In this document: positions 1 through 9,908 of the stretch, in pieces
Layout of the letters: every line of letters starts with the position of its first letter
Numbering within the stretch: the stretch's first letter is position 1
DNA from: Chloroflexota bacterium
GTDB lineage: Bacteria > Chloroflexota > UBA11872 > VXOZ01
Assembly (NCBI GenBank): GCA_965221905.1
Contig: OZ244922.1
Coordinates: 288,001-352,000, forward strand
DNA: 64,000 nt
Direction: 5' to 3'
Notes under the pieces: model-generated
What the model was told of the DNA's origin: nothing
The model's input: only the letters and a program-made list of their open reading frames with translations
Database searches by the model: none
Program-made: the position numbers and the translations under genes

Positions 1-286
1 CGTTCTCACTCTGTATGCGGCGCAAGAAGGGCACAGAGAATAGCAAGCGCGCTGAACCGGGCAGGAGTTCTGCCACGCAGCCAACAGCCGCCTCCCCAGG
101 CCTAGGTGTACATGTAGTCGCCGAGAGTATAGACTCGTTCCAATCATGGAAAGACTCTGAACGGTAGCCACTATAATGGTCGAATCGCCGCTGCGGTAGT
201 GTATAATGCAATGAAAGCTGCGGTAAGCGTCTTCACTTATGAGCAGTGGGGCGCTGTTGCAGAGGGGGAGAAGGGGATAGGCACGC

Positions 287-1459
287 ATGGCAGCCACGGC
301 AGACGCGCTAACGCCGCGCGAATACCGGCGTATACATCGGCTTCTGTTGCGCAGCCGGCGCACTGCCGGCAGAGAGCACGAGCCGATTCCAAAGCACTAC
401 CTGCAGTTGCCCGCTGAGGAATTGGACCAACGCATCGATGCCGTGCGGCGAAAACTCGGCGAGCGCGTGCTCATCCTCGGGCACCACTACCAGCGTGACG
501 AGGTCATCAAGTACGCCGACCTGCGCGGCGACTCTTTCAAGCTAGCCACTTTTGCTGCTAACCAGCGTGATTCCGAATACATCATCTTCTGCGGCGTGCA
601 TTTCATGGCGGAAAGCGCCGATATTCTCACCGCCCCGCACCAGTCGGTGATATTGCCCAACCCTACGGCCGGTTGTTCCATGGCCGATATGGCCGATATC
701 GACGATATCGTGGAGTGCTGGGAGCAACTTACCGAGGCGGTGGGTGAATCGATCGTGCCGGTTACGTATATGAACTCCACCGCGGTGCTCAAAGCTTTTT
801 GCGGCGCGCACGGCGGCATTGTTTGCACCTCTTCCAACGCTGCCGCTGTTTACGAGTGGGCGATGGAGCGGGGCGAGAAGATACTCTTCTTCCCAGACCA
901 GCATCTGGGTCGCAACACTGGTCTGAAGTTCGGTATTCCCCAGGATGAGATGGTGGTCTGGGACCCGGTGCAGCCTGTGCTGGGCGGCAACACAGAAGCG
1001 GACGTGCGCAAAGCCCAGGTGATCCTGTGGAAGGGCTGGTGCTCGGTGCACACGCGATTCACGGTTAAGCAGGTGGAGTTTGCCCGCAGGCAGCACCCGG
1101 ACGTAAACGTCATCGTCCATCCGGAGTGCCCCATGGAAGTGGTGCAGGCTGCCGACTACAACGGCTCCACGGAGTTTATTCTCAAGACCATTACTGAAGC
1201 GCCTGCAGGTTCGGTCTGGTCGGTCGGTACCGAAATCAACATGGTCAATCGCATGGCCGACGAAAATCCCGCTAAGAAGATCTTCAGCCTCGACCCCATT
1301 GTCTGCCCTTGCTCCACGATGTACCGCATTCACCCTGCCTATATCGCCTGGGTGATGGAAGACCTCCTGGAGGGCAAGGTCACGAACCAGGTGAGCGTTG
1401 ACTCCGATGTGGCGCACTGGGCGGTGGTTTCCCTCAATCGCATGCTCACCGTGCACTAG
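287..1459 (+). CDS. nadA: Quinolinate synthase A
   Basis: ILGHHYQ, GDSF, FCGVHFMAE, AGCSMAD, YMNS, CTSSNA, PDQHLG, CSVH, HPEC, GST and CPCSTM motifs of the [4Fe-4S] NadA family. Confidence 0.95.
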   Translation: MAATADALTPREYRRIHRLLLRSRRTAGREHEPIPKHYLQLPAEELDQRIDAVRRKLGERVLILGHHYQRDEVIKYADLRGDSFKLATFAANQRDSEYIIFCGVHFMAESADILTAPHQSVILPNPTAGCSMADMADIDDIVECWEQLTEAVGESIVPVTYMNSTAVLKAFCGAHGGIVCTSSNAAAVYEWAMERGEKILFFPDQHLGRNTGLKFGIPQDEMVVWDPVQPVLGGNTEADVRKAQVILWKGWCSVHTRFTVKQVEFARRQHPDVNVIVHPECPMEVVQAADYNGSTEFILKTITEAPAGSVWSVGTEINMVNRMADENPAKKIFSLDPIVCPCSTMYRIHPAYIAWVMEDLLEGKVTNQVSVDSDVAHWAVVSLNRMLTVH

Positions 1460-1591
1460 AAGCTCTTCGAGAATCCTCGTACTCTTACATTAGATAAGCT
1501 TTGGCAGTCCCGCGTTTGTGCAGTATACTGACACGAGCGCGGGATGTTTTCGTGTTGCCTGCGCATACTTCTACCCTGGAGGATGATGCCC

Positions 1592-2374
1592 ATGCAACCG
1601 AATACGATTCGCGAGAAACTGAACGCCGGTGAGCCCACATTGGCGACGCACGTGCATACCACGTGGCCCGGGATGATCGAGGTCATCGGCTTGACCGGAA
1701 TCTATGACTACGTCGAATTCGTCGCCGAGTATGCGCCGTTCAACCTGCACGACCTGGAGAACTTCTGCCGGGCGGCGGAGTTGCATAACCTCTCGACCAT
1801 GATCAAGGTCGACCAAGCGCCCCGCAGCTTCCTGGCCCAGCGGGCAATCGGCGCCGGTTTTCAAAGCGTGCTCTTTGCCGACAGCCGCACCGTGGCGGAC
1901 GCCGAGGAGTGTGTACGCGCGGTGCGGGCGGATACGCCGGAGGCCCGCGGGATTCACGGGGTGGCCATGCGACGCGCCTGGTATATGTCGTACGGCGCCG
2001 GGCCGGATTACCCCCAAGCGCTGGATGACATCGTGGTGGCGCTCATGATCGAAAGGCAGTCCGCCGTGGACCATCTGGACGAGTTTCTGGCGGTCAAGGG
2101 CGTCGACATGGTGCAGTGGGGTCCCGCTGACTACGCCATGAACATCGGCCGGGCCGGTGAATTCCAGCACCCGGACGTGAAAGCCGCCGAGAAGAAGGTA
2201 TTCGAGACGTGCTTGGCGAAAGGTATTCCGCCCCGCGCCGAGATCAACTCTGTAGAGCAGGCCCAGCGATTTCTCGACATGGGCGTGCGCCACTTCTGTA
2301 TGGGCACCGACATCAACATCATCCATGACTGGCTGAAGGAACAAGGCGACACACTGCGCAATTTGCTGAGCTAG
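1592..2374 (+). CDS. HpcH/HpaI aldolase/citrate lyase family protein
   Basis: YDYVEFVAEY, MIE and GPADY motifs; start placed after GGAGG at 1578-1582. Confidence 0.85.
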   Translation: MQPNTIREKLNAGEPTLATHVHTTWPGMIEVIGLTGIYDYVEFVAEYAPFNLHDLENFCRAAELHNLSTMIKVDQAPRSFLAQRAIGAGFQSVLFADSRTVADAEECVRAVRADTPEARGIHGVAMRRAWYMSYGAGPDYPQALDDIVVALMIERQSAVDHLDEFLAVKGVDMVQWGPADYAMNIGRAGEFQHPDVKAAEKKVFETCLAKGIPPRAEINSVEQAQRFLDMGVRHFCMGTDINIIHDWLKEQGDTLRNLLS

Positions 2375-2472
2375 GCCTGAGCACTCCATTGGCCCGTCGG
2401 CAGTCGCTGGCGCAGGGCCGGGTTGCATGCCGGGGACACAGCCTGGCTAACAGGTGAACTATTGTGGGACAG

Positions 2473-2499
2473 GTAGGACACGACATGCCGTGCCCCTAC
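2473..2499. repeat. REP-like palindrome (GTAGGGGCACG...CGTGCCCCTAC family)
   Basis: gtaggacacgacatgccgtgcccctac; near-identical to the perfect copy at 37599-37626. Confidence 0.7.
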
Positions 2500-2757
2500 G
2501 TCTGTTAAGTAAGGTAGCAGCACACAAGTTGACTGGCTCTCGATAAGTGTGTCGATACTGAGAATAATGACATCTCACGCTATTGCCAATACACTCTATT
2601 TAGGATAGGATTATTGGCAAGACCAGTATTTCATAGGAAAGGGGGGTGTTCACAAGCTCAGGTAGCAACGTAGTGTTGCCTATACTGAATGTGGTATACG
2701 TGCAGTCTCTAATTGAGGTGGTGTGGCGAAATACCGCACCGCAAGGGAGTGAGAAGC

Positions 2758-4143
2758 ATGAGTTTCCAGACGAGCAGACGTGCGTTTCTAGCCGGAACGG
2801 CCACGACTATCGGGGGAGTTGTCCTAGCAGCGTGCGGTCAGGTAGCGACGACGACCGAGATGATGGAAGAAAAACCGGCTGAGCCCAAGGAAGAGGCAAA
2901 GGCCGTCGAGGAGCCCGTAGCCGAGCAAGTGACCATCCAGTTCCTGTGGCCGCCCTATTCGCCGGCCAAGGAGCGCTGGCACGACCGCTTGGTCGACGCA
3001 TACATGGAGAAGAACCCCAATATAACTATCTCCACGATTCTCGATACGGCGCTCGACGATCGCATTGGCACGAATGCCGCTGCCGGAGGCGGCTTGCTAG
3101 ACGTGGCCTGGCACGGCTGGGGCTGGGCGCGCTGGGGAGAAACAGGTGTCTTCCTGCCGCTCGAGCCGTACGTCAAGGCGTCGAGTCTAGACCTGAACGA
3201 ATACTATAAGTCCGCCATCGACGGTGTCACCTGGAACGGCACGTTGCATGCGCTGCCCCTGGGCATTCTAACGCCGGTAATGGCGCTTAACCTCGATTCG
3301 CTCGCGGCGGCGGGCATTGAGGTGCCGTCCGACGACTGGACCTTCGATGACATGATTGATATTGGCGCCAAGCTCACCGATGCCGCCAACGGCAAATGGG
3401 GCGTGTCGACGCGCTTCTGGTATTGGTCAACCTGGTACGTCTCCTATGGTCGCGATCAGGGTTCCGTGAACAATGAGTGGCAGACAATGAGCTGGGACGC
3501 GCCGGTGCGCACCGAACTGATTAGGACGCGGGCAGACCTGTTCCACAAGCACCAAGTCGAAGCCTACGGCGACGATGCCAAAGAAGAAACGATCTTCGAT
3601 CACTTCAAGAACCAGAATGTTACCATCTACTCGGGCTACAACTGGCTGGTGCCCAGCTTCCGTACAGACGTGCAGTTCAATTGGACGTTGCATCCCATCC
3701 CGTTCATCGATTTCGAAGGTGAGCCGACGCGCAACGGCGCGCTCTACACCGAGGAGATCGCCTTGGTGGAAGGCAGCAAGGTGCTGGACGACGGGTGGGA
3801 CTTCGCCTCGTGGATCTGCGGTCCGGAGCAATTGGATACGGCCGCCCGTAACGGCGACACGACGCCGACGATCAAGTCAATTGCTGAGAGCGAAGCTTTC
3901 ATCAATCTGGACTTGCCGCCCGGTGAGAGAATCGTCGAGTACCTGCGGGCCATGGAAACCGCCATTCCGTTCTTGCTCCATCCCATCGGACGCGATCTCG
4001 CCACTCCCCTGTGGAAGAACGCCCAACAGGCGACGCAAGCCAATCCGACCTTGACGCCGGAGGAAGTTACGCGCACGGCCCAAGGAGAAGCCCAAGCTAT
4101 CTTGGACGAGTACAACGCGAGCAGGAAGGAAGCTGGGCGGTAG
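2758..4143 (+). CDS. Extracellular solute-binding lipoprotein (sugar ABC-type, family 1) with Tat signal
   Basis: SRRAFL twin-arginine motif, LAAC lipobox, Glu/Pro/Ala linker, YMEKNPNITI, LHALP and WTFDDM segments. Confidence 0.85.
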   Translation: MSFQTSRRAFLAGTATTIGGVVLAACGQVATTTEMMEEKPAEPKEEAKAVEEPVAEQVTIQFLWPPYSPAKERWHDRLVDAYMEKNPNITISTILDTALDDRIGTNAAAGGGLLDVAWHGWGWARWGETGVFLPLEPYVKASSLDLNEYYKSAIDGVTWNGTLHALPLGILTPVMALNLDSLAAAGIEVPSDDWTFDDMIDIGAKLTDAANGKWGVSTRFWYWSTWYVSYGRDQGSVNNEWQTMSWDAPVRTELIRTRADLFHKHQVEAYGDDAKEETIFDHFKNQNVTIYSGYNWLVPSFRTDVQFNWTLHPIPFIDFEGEPTRNGALYTEEIALVEGSKVLDDGWDFASWICGPEQLDTAARNGDTTPTIKSIAESEAFINLDLPPGERIVEYLRAMETAIPFLLHPIGRDLATPLWKNAQQATQANPTLTPEEVTRTAQGEAQAILDEYNASRKEAGR

Positions 4144-4156
4144 GAGGTAGGTAAGC

Positions 4157-4180
4157 GGGGGTACGGCAGGACCGTGCCCT
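4157..4180. repeat. REP-like palindrome
   Basis: ggggtacggcaggaccgtgccct imperfect inverted repeat between genes. Confidence 0.5.
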
Positions 4181-4212
4181 TGCTTGTATTGCTTTGGAAG
4201 TAGGTGCGAAGT

Positions 4213-5274
4213 ATGAGCACGTCCGGTGTAGCGCCTGACGATGCGGAAGCCATTCGCCAGGAACAGGTAGCGGAAATTGACCGCTACTACTCCGCCTTGG
4301 TTTACGCGGCGGCAGAAACGCGCGAACGCGCTTGGCAGCGCGACACGAGATCGCCTGCTGCCTATCGGCAATCGGTGACGCCTAACCGCCAACGGTTTCT
4401 TCAACTGTTGGGAGGCGTGCCGCGCGATGCGGTTCCTCTGGAGCCGCGATGGGAGGACCTGCCTGAGCATACGGGGATTACGTCGCGGCGCGTCTGGATT
4501 CCGGTGGATGAAGGCGTCCACGTTTACGGCGTGCTGCTCGTGCCGGCAGAACCAGAAGGCCCGAAACCGGCAGTGATCGCCCAGCATGGCTTCTCCGGTT
4601 CGCCGGAGGCGACGTGCGGCTACTACGAATTGGAAGATACCGCCTACCTGCGCTCTTTTGGTTTGCGCTTGGCTGAGAAAGGCTACGTGGTCTTTGCCCC
4701 GCTGGTCATGAACAATACGCCGGACCGGTCGCGAACCAACCGCAAGGCCGCGCTTATCGCGCAGCAGCTCTTGGGGCTGGAAGTGGGCAAGATGATGCGC
4801 GTGGTGGACTACCTACAGACCTTCCCGGATGTAGACAACAACCGCATCGGCTACATGGGCATTTCGCAGGGCGGCATGATGGCGCTCTGGGCAGCCGCCG
4901 CCGACGAGCGCATCGCGGCCTGCGTCTGCTCCGGCTACTTTACCAACCGCGCGCCGAAGATGATCGAGCCGTCCCCACACTATAGGTCTTTCATCGAGAC
5001 CGGCGATGACGATAAGTTCTTCTGGGGCCAGTTGAACGAGTTCTCCGATAGCGACATAGCTTCGCTCATTTGCCCGCGACCCTTCTTCGTGGAGGCGGGA
5101 ACGGAAGACCGCGTATTCTGGCTGGAACACGTGAAGGAGGAGTTTTCACAACTCCAATCAATCTATGCAGAGCTTGGAATTGAGGAACGAGTCGAGCTTG
5201 GGATCTTTGAAGGGCCGCACTTGATTCACGGTATTGAGTCTTTTGCCTTCTTGGATCGCTGGCTGCAAGGGTGA
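4213..5274 (+). CDS. Alpha/beta hydrolase (dienelactone hydrolase / acetylxylan esterase-like)
   Basis: PAVIAQHG, GISQGG nucleophile elbow, ICPRPFFVEAGTED, GPH. Confidence 0.8.
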   Translation: MSTSGVAPDDAEAIRQEQVAEIDRYYSALVYAAAETRERAWQRDTRSPAAYRQSVTPNRQRFLQLLGGVPRDAVPLEPRWEDLPEHTGITSRRVWIPVDEGVHVYGVLLVPAEPEGPKPAVIAQHGFSGSPEATCGYYELEDTAYLRSFGLRLAEKGYVVFAPLVMNNTPDRSRTNRKAALIAQQLLGLEVGKMMRVVDYLQTFPDVDNNRIGYMGISQGGMMALWAAAADERIAACVCSGYFTNRAPKMIEPSPHYRSFIETGDDDKFFWGQLNEFSDSDIASLICPRPFFVEAGTEDRVFWLEHVKEEFSQLQSIYAELGIEERVELGIFEGPHLIHGIESFAFLDRWLQG

Positions 5275-5349
5275 CGGTAGCCTATCTCACGCGTAGTGCT
5301 TTAGGGAGCGTGGTTGCAACGATGCCTGCGAGCGATACTAACCGTGCGA

Positions 5350-5550
5350 CTTGAGCCCGTCGAAGGGCGAAGCCGAGGTTGGCAAGTCTCGGTGCGTGCA
5401 CAATCCCGTTCGTGCTGAGCCTGTCGAAGTACGAACGGAAGGGGAATGCTATGTGCAAAAATCCCAAACGTTCGCTCTTTCCCTGCCAAGACCCATTCTA
5501 AACATACCGAAGTTCGATACGGTGGTTCGGCAAGTTCACCACGAACGGTT
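5350..5550. repeat. Cluster of REP-like elements (TGAGCCTGTCGAAG family)
   Basis: ttgagcccgtcgaagggcg, cgttcgtgctgagcctgtcgaagtacgaacg and ttcggcaagttcaccacgaacgg; related motif at 9523-9575. Confidence 0.6.
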
Positions 5551-5664
5551 CAGACGGACTCTACAAATGTCCTCTTTGGAAGAGAATCGAAATGAGGATA
5601 TCGGAAACTCTTGGCCGGCAGCATTCCGCGACATTTCAGTGCAACTGACTTGAAGGACTAAGCC

Positions 5665-6495
5665 ATGACGGCCTCTGCCGAGACGCAGCACAAGGTACTC
5701 AGCGAAGAACAGGTCGCCTTCTATCAGCGGCATGGCTATCTGATTCTTGAAAACGTGCTGTCGGCGGCAGAGCTACAGGAATTACGGGCAGTGACGGAGG
5801 GATTGCGCGAGGAGCGCGCCCGCATCGCCGGCGACGACCGGATCGCCGCTATCATGGACTTTGCGCTGCTCGATGACGCCTTTATGCAAGCCGCGCACCA
5901 GCCGACAATGCTGGCCGCAGTCACGCAACTCATTGGCGAGAACTTGCGCTTGCAACACTGCAAGCTGAACTGGAAGCCCCCAACCAAGGGCACCGGGGAA
6001 GTGGACTGGCACCAGGACTTTCCCTTCTTGCCCCACACCAACTACGATCTGCTGGCGTGCATGATCCTCTTGGACGATTCCGTGCCGGAGAACGGCTGTA
6101 TGCGCGTGATTCCCGGCAGCCACCTGCGCGGCCCGGTCGACCATTTCGATGCAAATGGGATCTTTGCGAGAGTATGCACCGATCCTGCAGATTACGAAGA
6201 TGATCTAGCACGCGGCAACGTAGTCGACCTCATCGCGCCTGCCGGATCGATAACGATCCACCACTGCTGCATCGTCCACGCTTCGTATCCGAACAACAGT
6301 GATACTCCCCGGCGGGGCCTGATCTACCAAATCGCCGCCGGTGATAGCATCCAACTCGGCGGCCACCTGTATAAAGTCTGGCCGATTTGGCTCCAAGGCC
6401 AGGACCCATTGCGCGCCCGCATGGGCGACGGCACGGTGTTTCGTCTCAGCAGACCGCTGACCAACGCCGGCGGTCTCGAACCGAGCGAAGACTAG
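5665..6495 (+). CDS. Phytanoyl-CoA dioxygenase (PhyH) family Fe(II)/2-oxoglutarate dioxygenase, copy 1
   Basis: FYQRHGYL, WHQD, ENGCMRVIPGSH, distal H in VHAS, PRR. Confidence 0.9.
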   Translation: MTASAETQHKVLSEEQVAFYQRHGYLILENVLSAAELQELRAVTEGLREERARIAGDDRIAAIMDFALLDDAFMQAAHQPTMLAAVTQLIGENLRLQHCKLNWKPPTKGTGEVDWHQDFPFLPHTNYDLLACMILLDDSVPENGCMRVIPGSHLRGPVDHFDANGIFARVCTDPADYEDDLARGNVVDLIAPAGSITIHHCCIVHASYPNNSDTPRRGLIYQIAAGDSIQLGGHLYKVWPIWLQGQDPLRARMGDGTVFRLSRPLTNAGGLEPSED

Positions 6496-6838
6496 GCCGA
6501 GTTATGGGTTTGCGGCATTCCGAGCGGAGCGAGGACTCTAGAACGTCTATCCTGCTTGTTCGCCAAATTGCGCAACGCAGAACGACAGCGAGAGCGTAGC
6601 GCGGGAGCTTGTGCCCCACTCGGGACCGTGTGCACGCGGTTTGGGACGGCTGAATTCCTGCCCCGAACCAAGAAAGAGATGCGCTCTGCGCGCAAGTGAC
6701 AGGCTAGGGTTCGGCCGATTTCCACTTTTTACACGAAAGAGCCAGAAGTCTACGTGATACAGTATCAACACAACCTAGCCAAGTAAGTGTATACGCGCCG
6801 AATGTACCTGCTATTAGGAATAGAGGAGCAGAAGACCC

Positions 6839-7690
6839 ATGGCGACGTCTCTCGCAACCCAGGAAAAAGTCCTTAGCGACGACCAGGTCGCCTTTTACCA
6901 GCGACATGGCTACCTCATCCTGAAGAACGTGCTGTCGGCGAGCGAGCTGCAGGAGTTGCAAGCTGCTTCGGGGCGGCTACGCGACGAACGCGCCCGCCTG
7001 GCCGGAGACGATCGCCTGGCCGTCATTCAAAACGTGGCGCTCTTCGATGACGCCTTCATGATGGCCGCGAAGCATCCGGTGATGCTGGGTGCGGTCACGC
7101 AGCTTATTGGCGAGAACCTGCGCCTGCAACACTGCAAGCTGAACTGGAAACCGCCGGCCAAGGGCAAAGGCGAGGTGGGCTGGCATCAGGACTTCCCTTT
7201 CTTCCCGCACACCAACTACGATCTGCTGGCGTGCATGTTCCTGCTGGATGATGCCGTGCCCGAGAACGGCTGTATGCGCATGATTCCCGGCAGCCACCTG
7301 CGCGGGCCTGCCGACCACTACGACGCTGACGGTAAGTTCACCGGTCGCTGCACCGATCCGCGCGAATACGAGAACGACGTGGCCCGAGAAAACATAGTGG
7401 ACTTGGTCGTTCCGGCCGGCTCCATGACCATCCACCACTGCTGCATGCTGCACGCCTCCTATCCAAACCATAGCGACACGCCGCGGCGGGGTCTGGTCTA
7501 CCAAATTGCCGCCGGTGACAGCATCCAACTCGGCGGCAACCTGCACAAAGTGTGGCCGATCTGGCTTCAGGGCGAAAACCCATTGCAGGCCCGCATCGGC
7601 AACCACACGGTGTACCGGCTCAGCCAGCAGATCACAAACGTCGGCGGCCTGGAACCCAGCGCGGACTGGCAGAAGGTAACGCAGGACTAG
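6839..7690 (+). CDS. PhyH family dioxygenase, copy 2 (tandem paralog)
   Basis: Same motifs; long identical blocks shared with 5665..6495. Confidence 0.9.
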   Translation: MATSLATQEKVLSDDQVAFYQRHGYLILKNVLSASELQELQAASGRLRDERARLAGDDRLAVIQNVALFDDAFMMAAKHPVMLGAVTQLIGENLRLQHCKLNWKPPAKGKGEVGWHQDFPFFPHTNYDLLACMFLLDDAVPENGCMRMIPGSHLRGPADHYDADGKFTGRCTDPREYENDVARENIVDLVVPAGSMTIHHCCMLHASYPNHSDTPRRGLVYQIAAGDSIQLGGNLHKVWPIWLQGENPLQARIGNHTVYRLSQQITNVGGLEPSADWQKVTQD

Positions 7691-7803
7691 ACTCGTGTTC
7701 CCAGTAGTGCTCCGTGCGTGCTTGCTGGGAACTGGAAAATTCTACTAAGGCTGGTACAGCACTTGGAAAGCCGCAAACGACGACCTCGCCGAGATGGGCC
7801 GCC

Positions 7804-9432
7804 TTAATGCTGAGTGTAAATGCTCCGCATCTGCCAGGCGTCGAGGGAGCGGAGTTGGGCGGGGCTGCCCTGGGTGCGCAGGGAGACGCCGGTGCTGTCA
7901 CCCCGTCCGGGGTAGACACGGACTGCGACGCATTGCTTGCCGTTCGCGAAGACCTCTACCACGCTGCGGTCGACGAATACCCGGAGCCTGAGCGGCTCGT
8001 CCGGGTCGAGCCGGATAGGGGCCGTCTCGGGAGCGCGGGAGAGTGCGCCTGGCAGGGCTGACGAGTAGGAAGAGTCGAGGGTCAGGAGGCTTTCGAAGCG
8101 GTCGACGGTCCTCGGGCTCTTGTAGCCGCGGATGGCGACTTGGCCGGTGTGGTGGACCGCGCCGGGCTGGACGGAGAGGTTCTGTACCTTGAAGCCGCGG
8201 TCCTTGTAGAAGGCGATGCGTGTGTACTCCTCTCTGCCCGGGGACCGGAGGACGTTCAGCTCGACCATAGGCGCCGCGCCGGGGTCGAGCTCGATCGCCA
8301 GCTCCATCGCGCTGCCCTCGATGCCTTCCAGCACCACTTCCTCGTTGGCGGGGAGCTCCGTCGGCCCGACGTGCCTGTGGTCATGCCTGAGGGACTCGAT
8401 GTCGCCGGCGGGCTCGACACGCACGTCGTCGTCTCCCGCTAGGGTGAGACGCCGGGGGAGGGTCATGATCTGGTTCCAGCCCTCGGTGGGGAACCCGGGG
8501 TTCATGTTGAACAGGACGATGATGCCTCCCTGTCCGTCGGGCGTAGCGGATGGGGCATGGACGCCTGACGGGACAGCCGGACCGAAGTTGAAGAGGCCAT
8601 GGGAGGTGACGACCAGCTTGTCGCGGTCCTCGTCGTAGTCGCCGAGCAGGTACTGGCCGCCGCTCATGTGGCTGAAGAAGAGGAGCATATAGCGGTCGCC
8701 GATGGGCCAGAAGTAGGGGCATGCGCCGTCGTCGCCCACCAGCGTGTACATGTCATCCTCGGTGAGGGGGTGCAGGTACTCCCAGGTCTCCAGGTCCTTC
8801 GAGCGGAATACGAAGTCGGCGGCAATTCGCTGGCCGCCGGGGCCGTCGGTCAGCGTGCCTCCGGAGAGGGAGTGGTAGACGCCGTCGCGCTTCCAGATAC
8901 AGGGGTCGAAGACCGTGTACTTCCTGGGCGAGCCGTCGTGTTCCGGAATGGGGATGATCGGCTGGCCCGTGACCTTCTCCCAGTTGAGGAGGAGCTGGTC
9001 GCTGGAGACGGCGACCATGTTGCCAACCTGTGTCCCGTGGTAGATGGCTATGACCCGGTCGTCCTCGACGAGGGCCCCGCCGGAGAAGCAGCTCTCCTCC
9101 GGGTCGGGGTAGATGGCATACGGCAGGTCGCGCCAGCGGATGAGGTCGTCGCTGACGGCGTGCCCCCAGTGGGGCCGGGGGTCTTCCGGTGGGTAGCCCT
9201 GGTAGAAGAGGTGCCAGCGTCCCTGCCAGAAGCAGAGACCGTTGGGGTCGTTCAGTCTGTTCTCGGGACTGACGAAGTGGTACAGCGGGCGGTGGGGGTC
9301 GCCCTCCATCGCCTTTCGGGATGCGGCCATCCGCCGCACCATCGGGTTGTCGCGAAGCTGGGCTTCCTGCTCGTCGAGGGTGTCTGCGAAGGTGTACCTG
9401 GGAGCGCGGGATGCACGGTCGGAAGTGGTCAT
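7804..9432 (-). CDS. Glycoside hydrolase family 32-like protein with atypical catalytic motifs
   Basis: LNDPNG, HLFYQ, WGHAVSDDL, FSGG and C-terminal LRVFVDRSVVEVF; RDP appears as FDP and WECP as GACP. Confidence 0.85.
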   Translation of the reverse strand: MTTSDRASRAPRYTFADTLDEQEAQLRDNPMVRRMAASRKAMEGDPHRPLYHFVSPENRLNDPNGLCFWQGRWHLFYQGYPPEDPRPHWGHAVSDDLIRWRDLPYAIYPDPEESCFSGGALVEDDRVIAIYHGTQVGNMVAVSSDQLLLNWEKVTGQPIIPIPEHDGSPRKYTVFDPCIWKRDGVYHSLSGGTLTDGPGGQRIAADFVFRSKDLETWEYLHPLTEDDMYTLVGDDGACPYFWPIGDRYMLLFFSHMSGGQYLLGDYDEDRDKLVVTSHGLFNFGPAVPSGVHAPSATPDGQGGIIVLFNMNPGFPTEGWNQIMTLPRRLTLAGDDDVRVEPAGDIESLRHDHRHVGPTELPANEEVVLEGIEGSAMELAIELDPGAAPMVELNVLRSPGREEYTRIAFYKDRGFKVQNLSVQPGAVHHTGQVAIRGYKSPRTVDRFESLLTLDSSYSSALPGALSRAPETAPIRLDPDEPLRLRVFVDRSVVEVFANGKQCVAVRVYPGRGDSTGVSLRTQGSPAQLRSLDAWQMRSIYTQH

Positions 9433-9522
9433 TGTGTCTCCTTGTGCTCAATTGGTGGCTGGGGCGGCTCCAAGAACCCAGAGTCAGCCGGATCAGAATC
9501 AGCAGCCCGGCGGAGCACTGTG

Positions 9523-9741
9523 CTTCGACCCTTCGACAAGCCTGTGCTGAGCTTGTCGAAGTGCTCAGGGCAGGCGGGCTCGGAACCGGCTTGCCCTTTG
9601 ACAGATGTTGCAGTCTGTTCCCCCAACAGAGAGATGCAGGGTTTCTGCAAAAGTCATTCCGGCGAAAGCTCGCCCCCAGCACGGGGGCGCGGAATCCATC
9701 TTCTTCGCGTGCCCTGGACTCCGGCTTCCGCCGGAGTGACG
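9523..9741. repeat. REP-like cluster (CTTCGACAAG...CTTGTCGAAG and GTCATTCCGGCG...GGAATCCA pair)
   Basis: cttcgacaagcctgtgctgagcttgtcgaag; gtcattccggcgaaag...ggaatcca paired with ggactccggcttccgccggagtgac. Confidence 0.7.
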
Positions 9742-9908
9742 GATCGAAAGGCCGGTAAATCGCTCGTACATAGCCAATGCCATCTGGCGCCATTACACAC
9801 TCAGAAGAATCCAAGCTAGCCTCCACTGCTCACTAAAGTGCCGGATCGGCTAGCGGCTTCCTCAACTCACCCGGGAATGACACTCTTCCACTTCTCCGGC
9901 GTGGTCAC

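Noticed and set aside
8599-9826. Long alternative ORFs (406 and 357 aa) and similar antisense ORFs elsewhere, e.g. 542..1456, 41850..42809, 54232..55194
   Set aside because: Shadow frames of GC-rich genes with no recognisable motifs.
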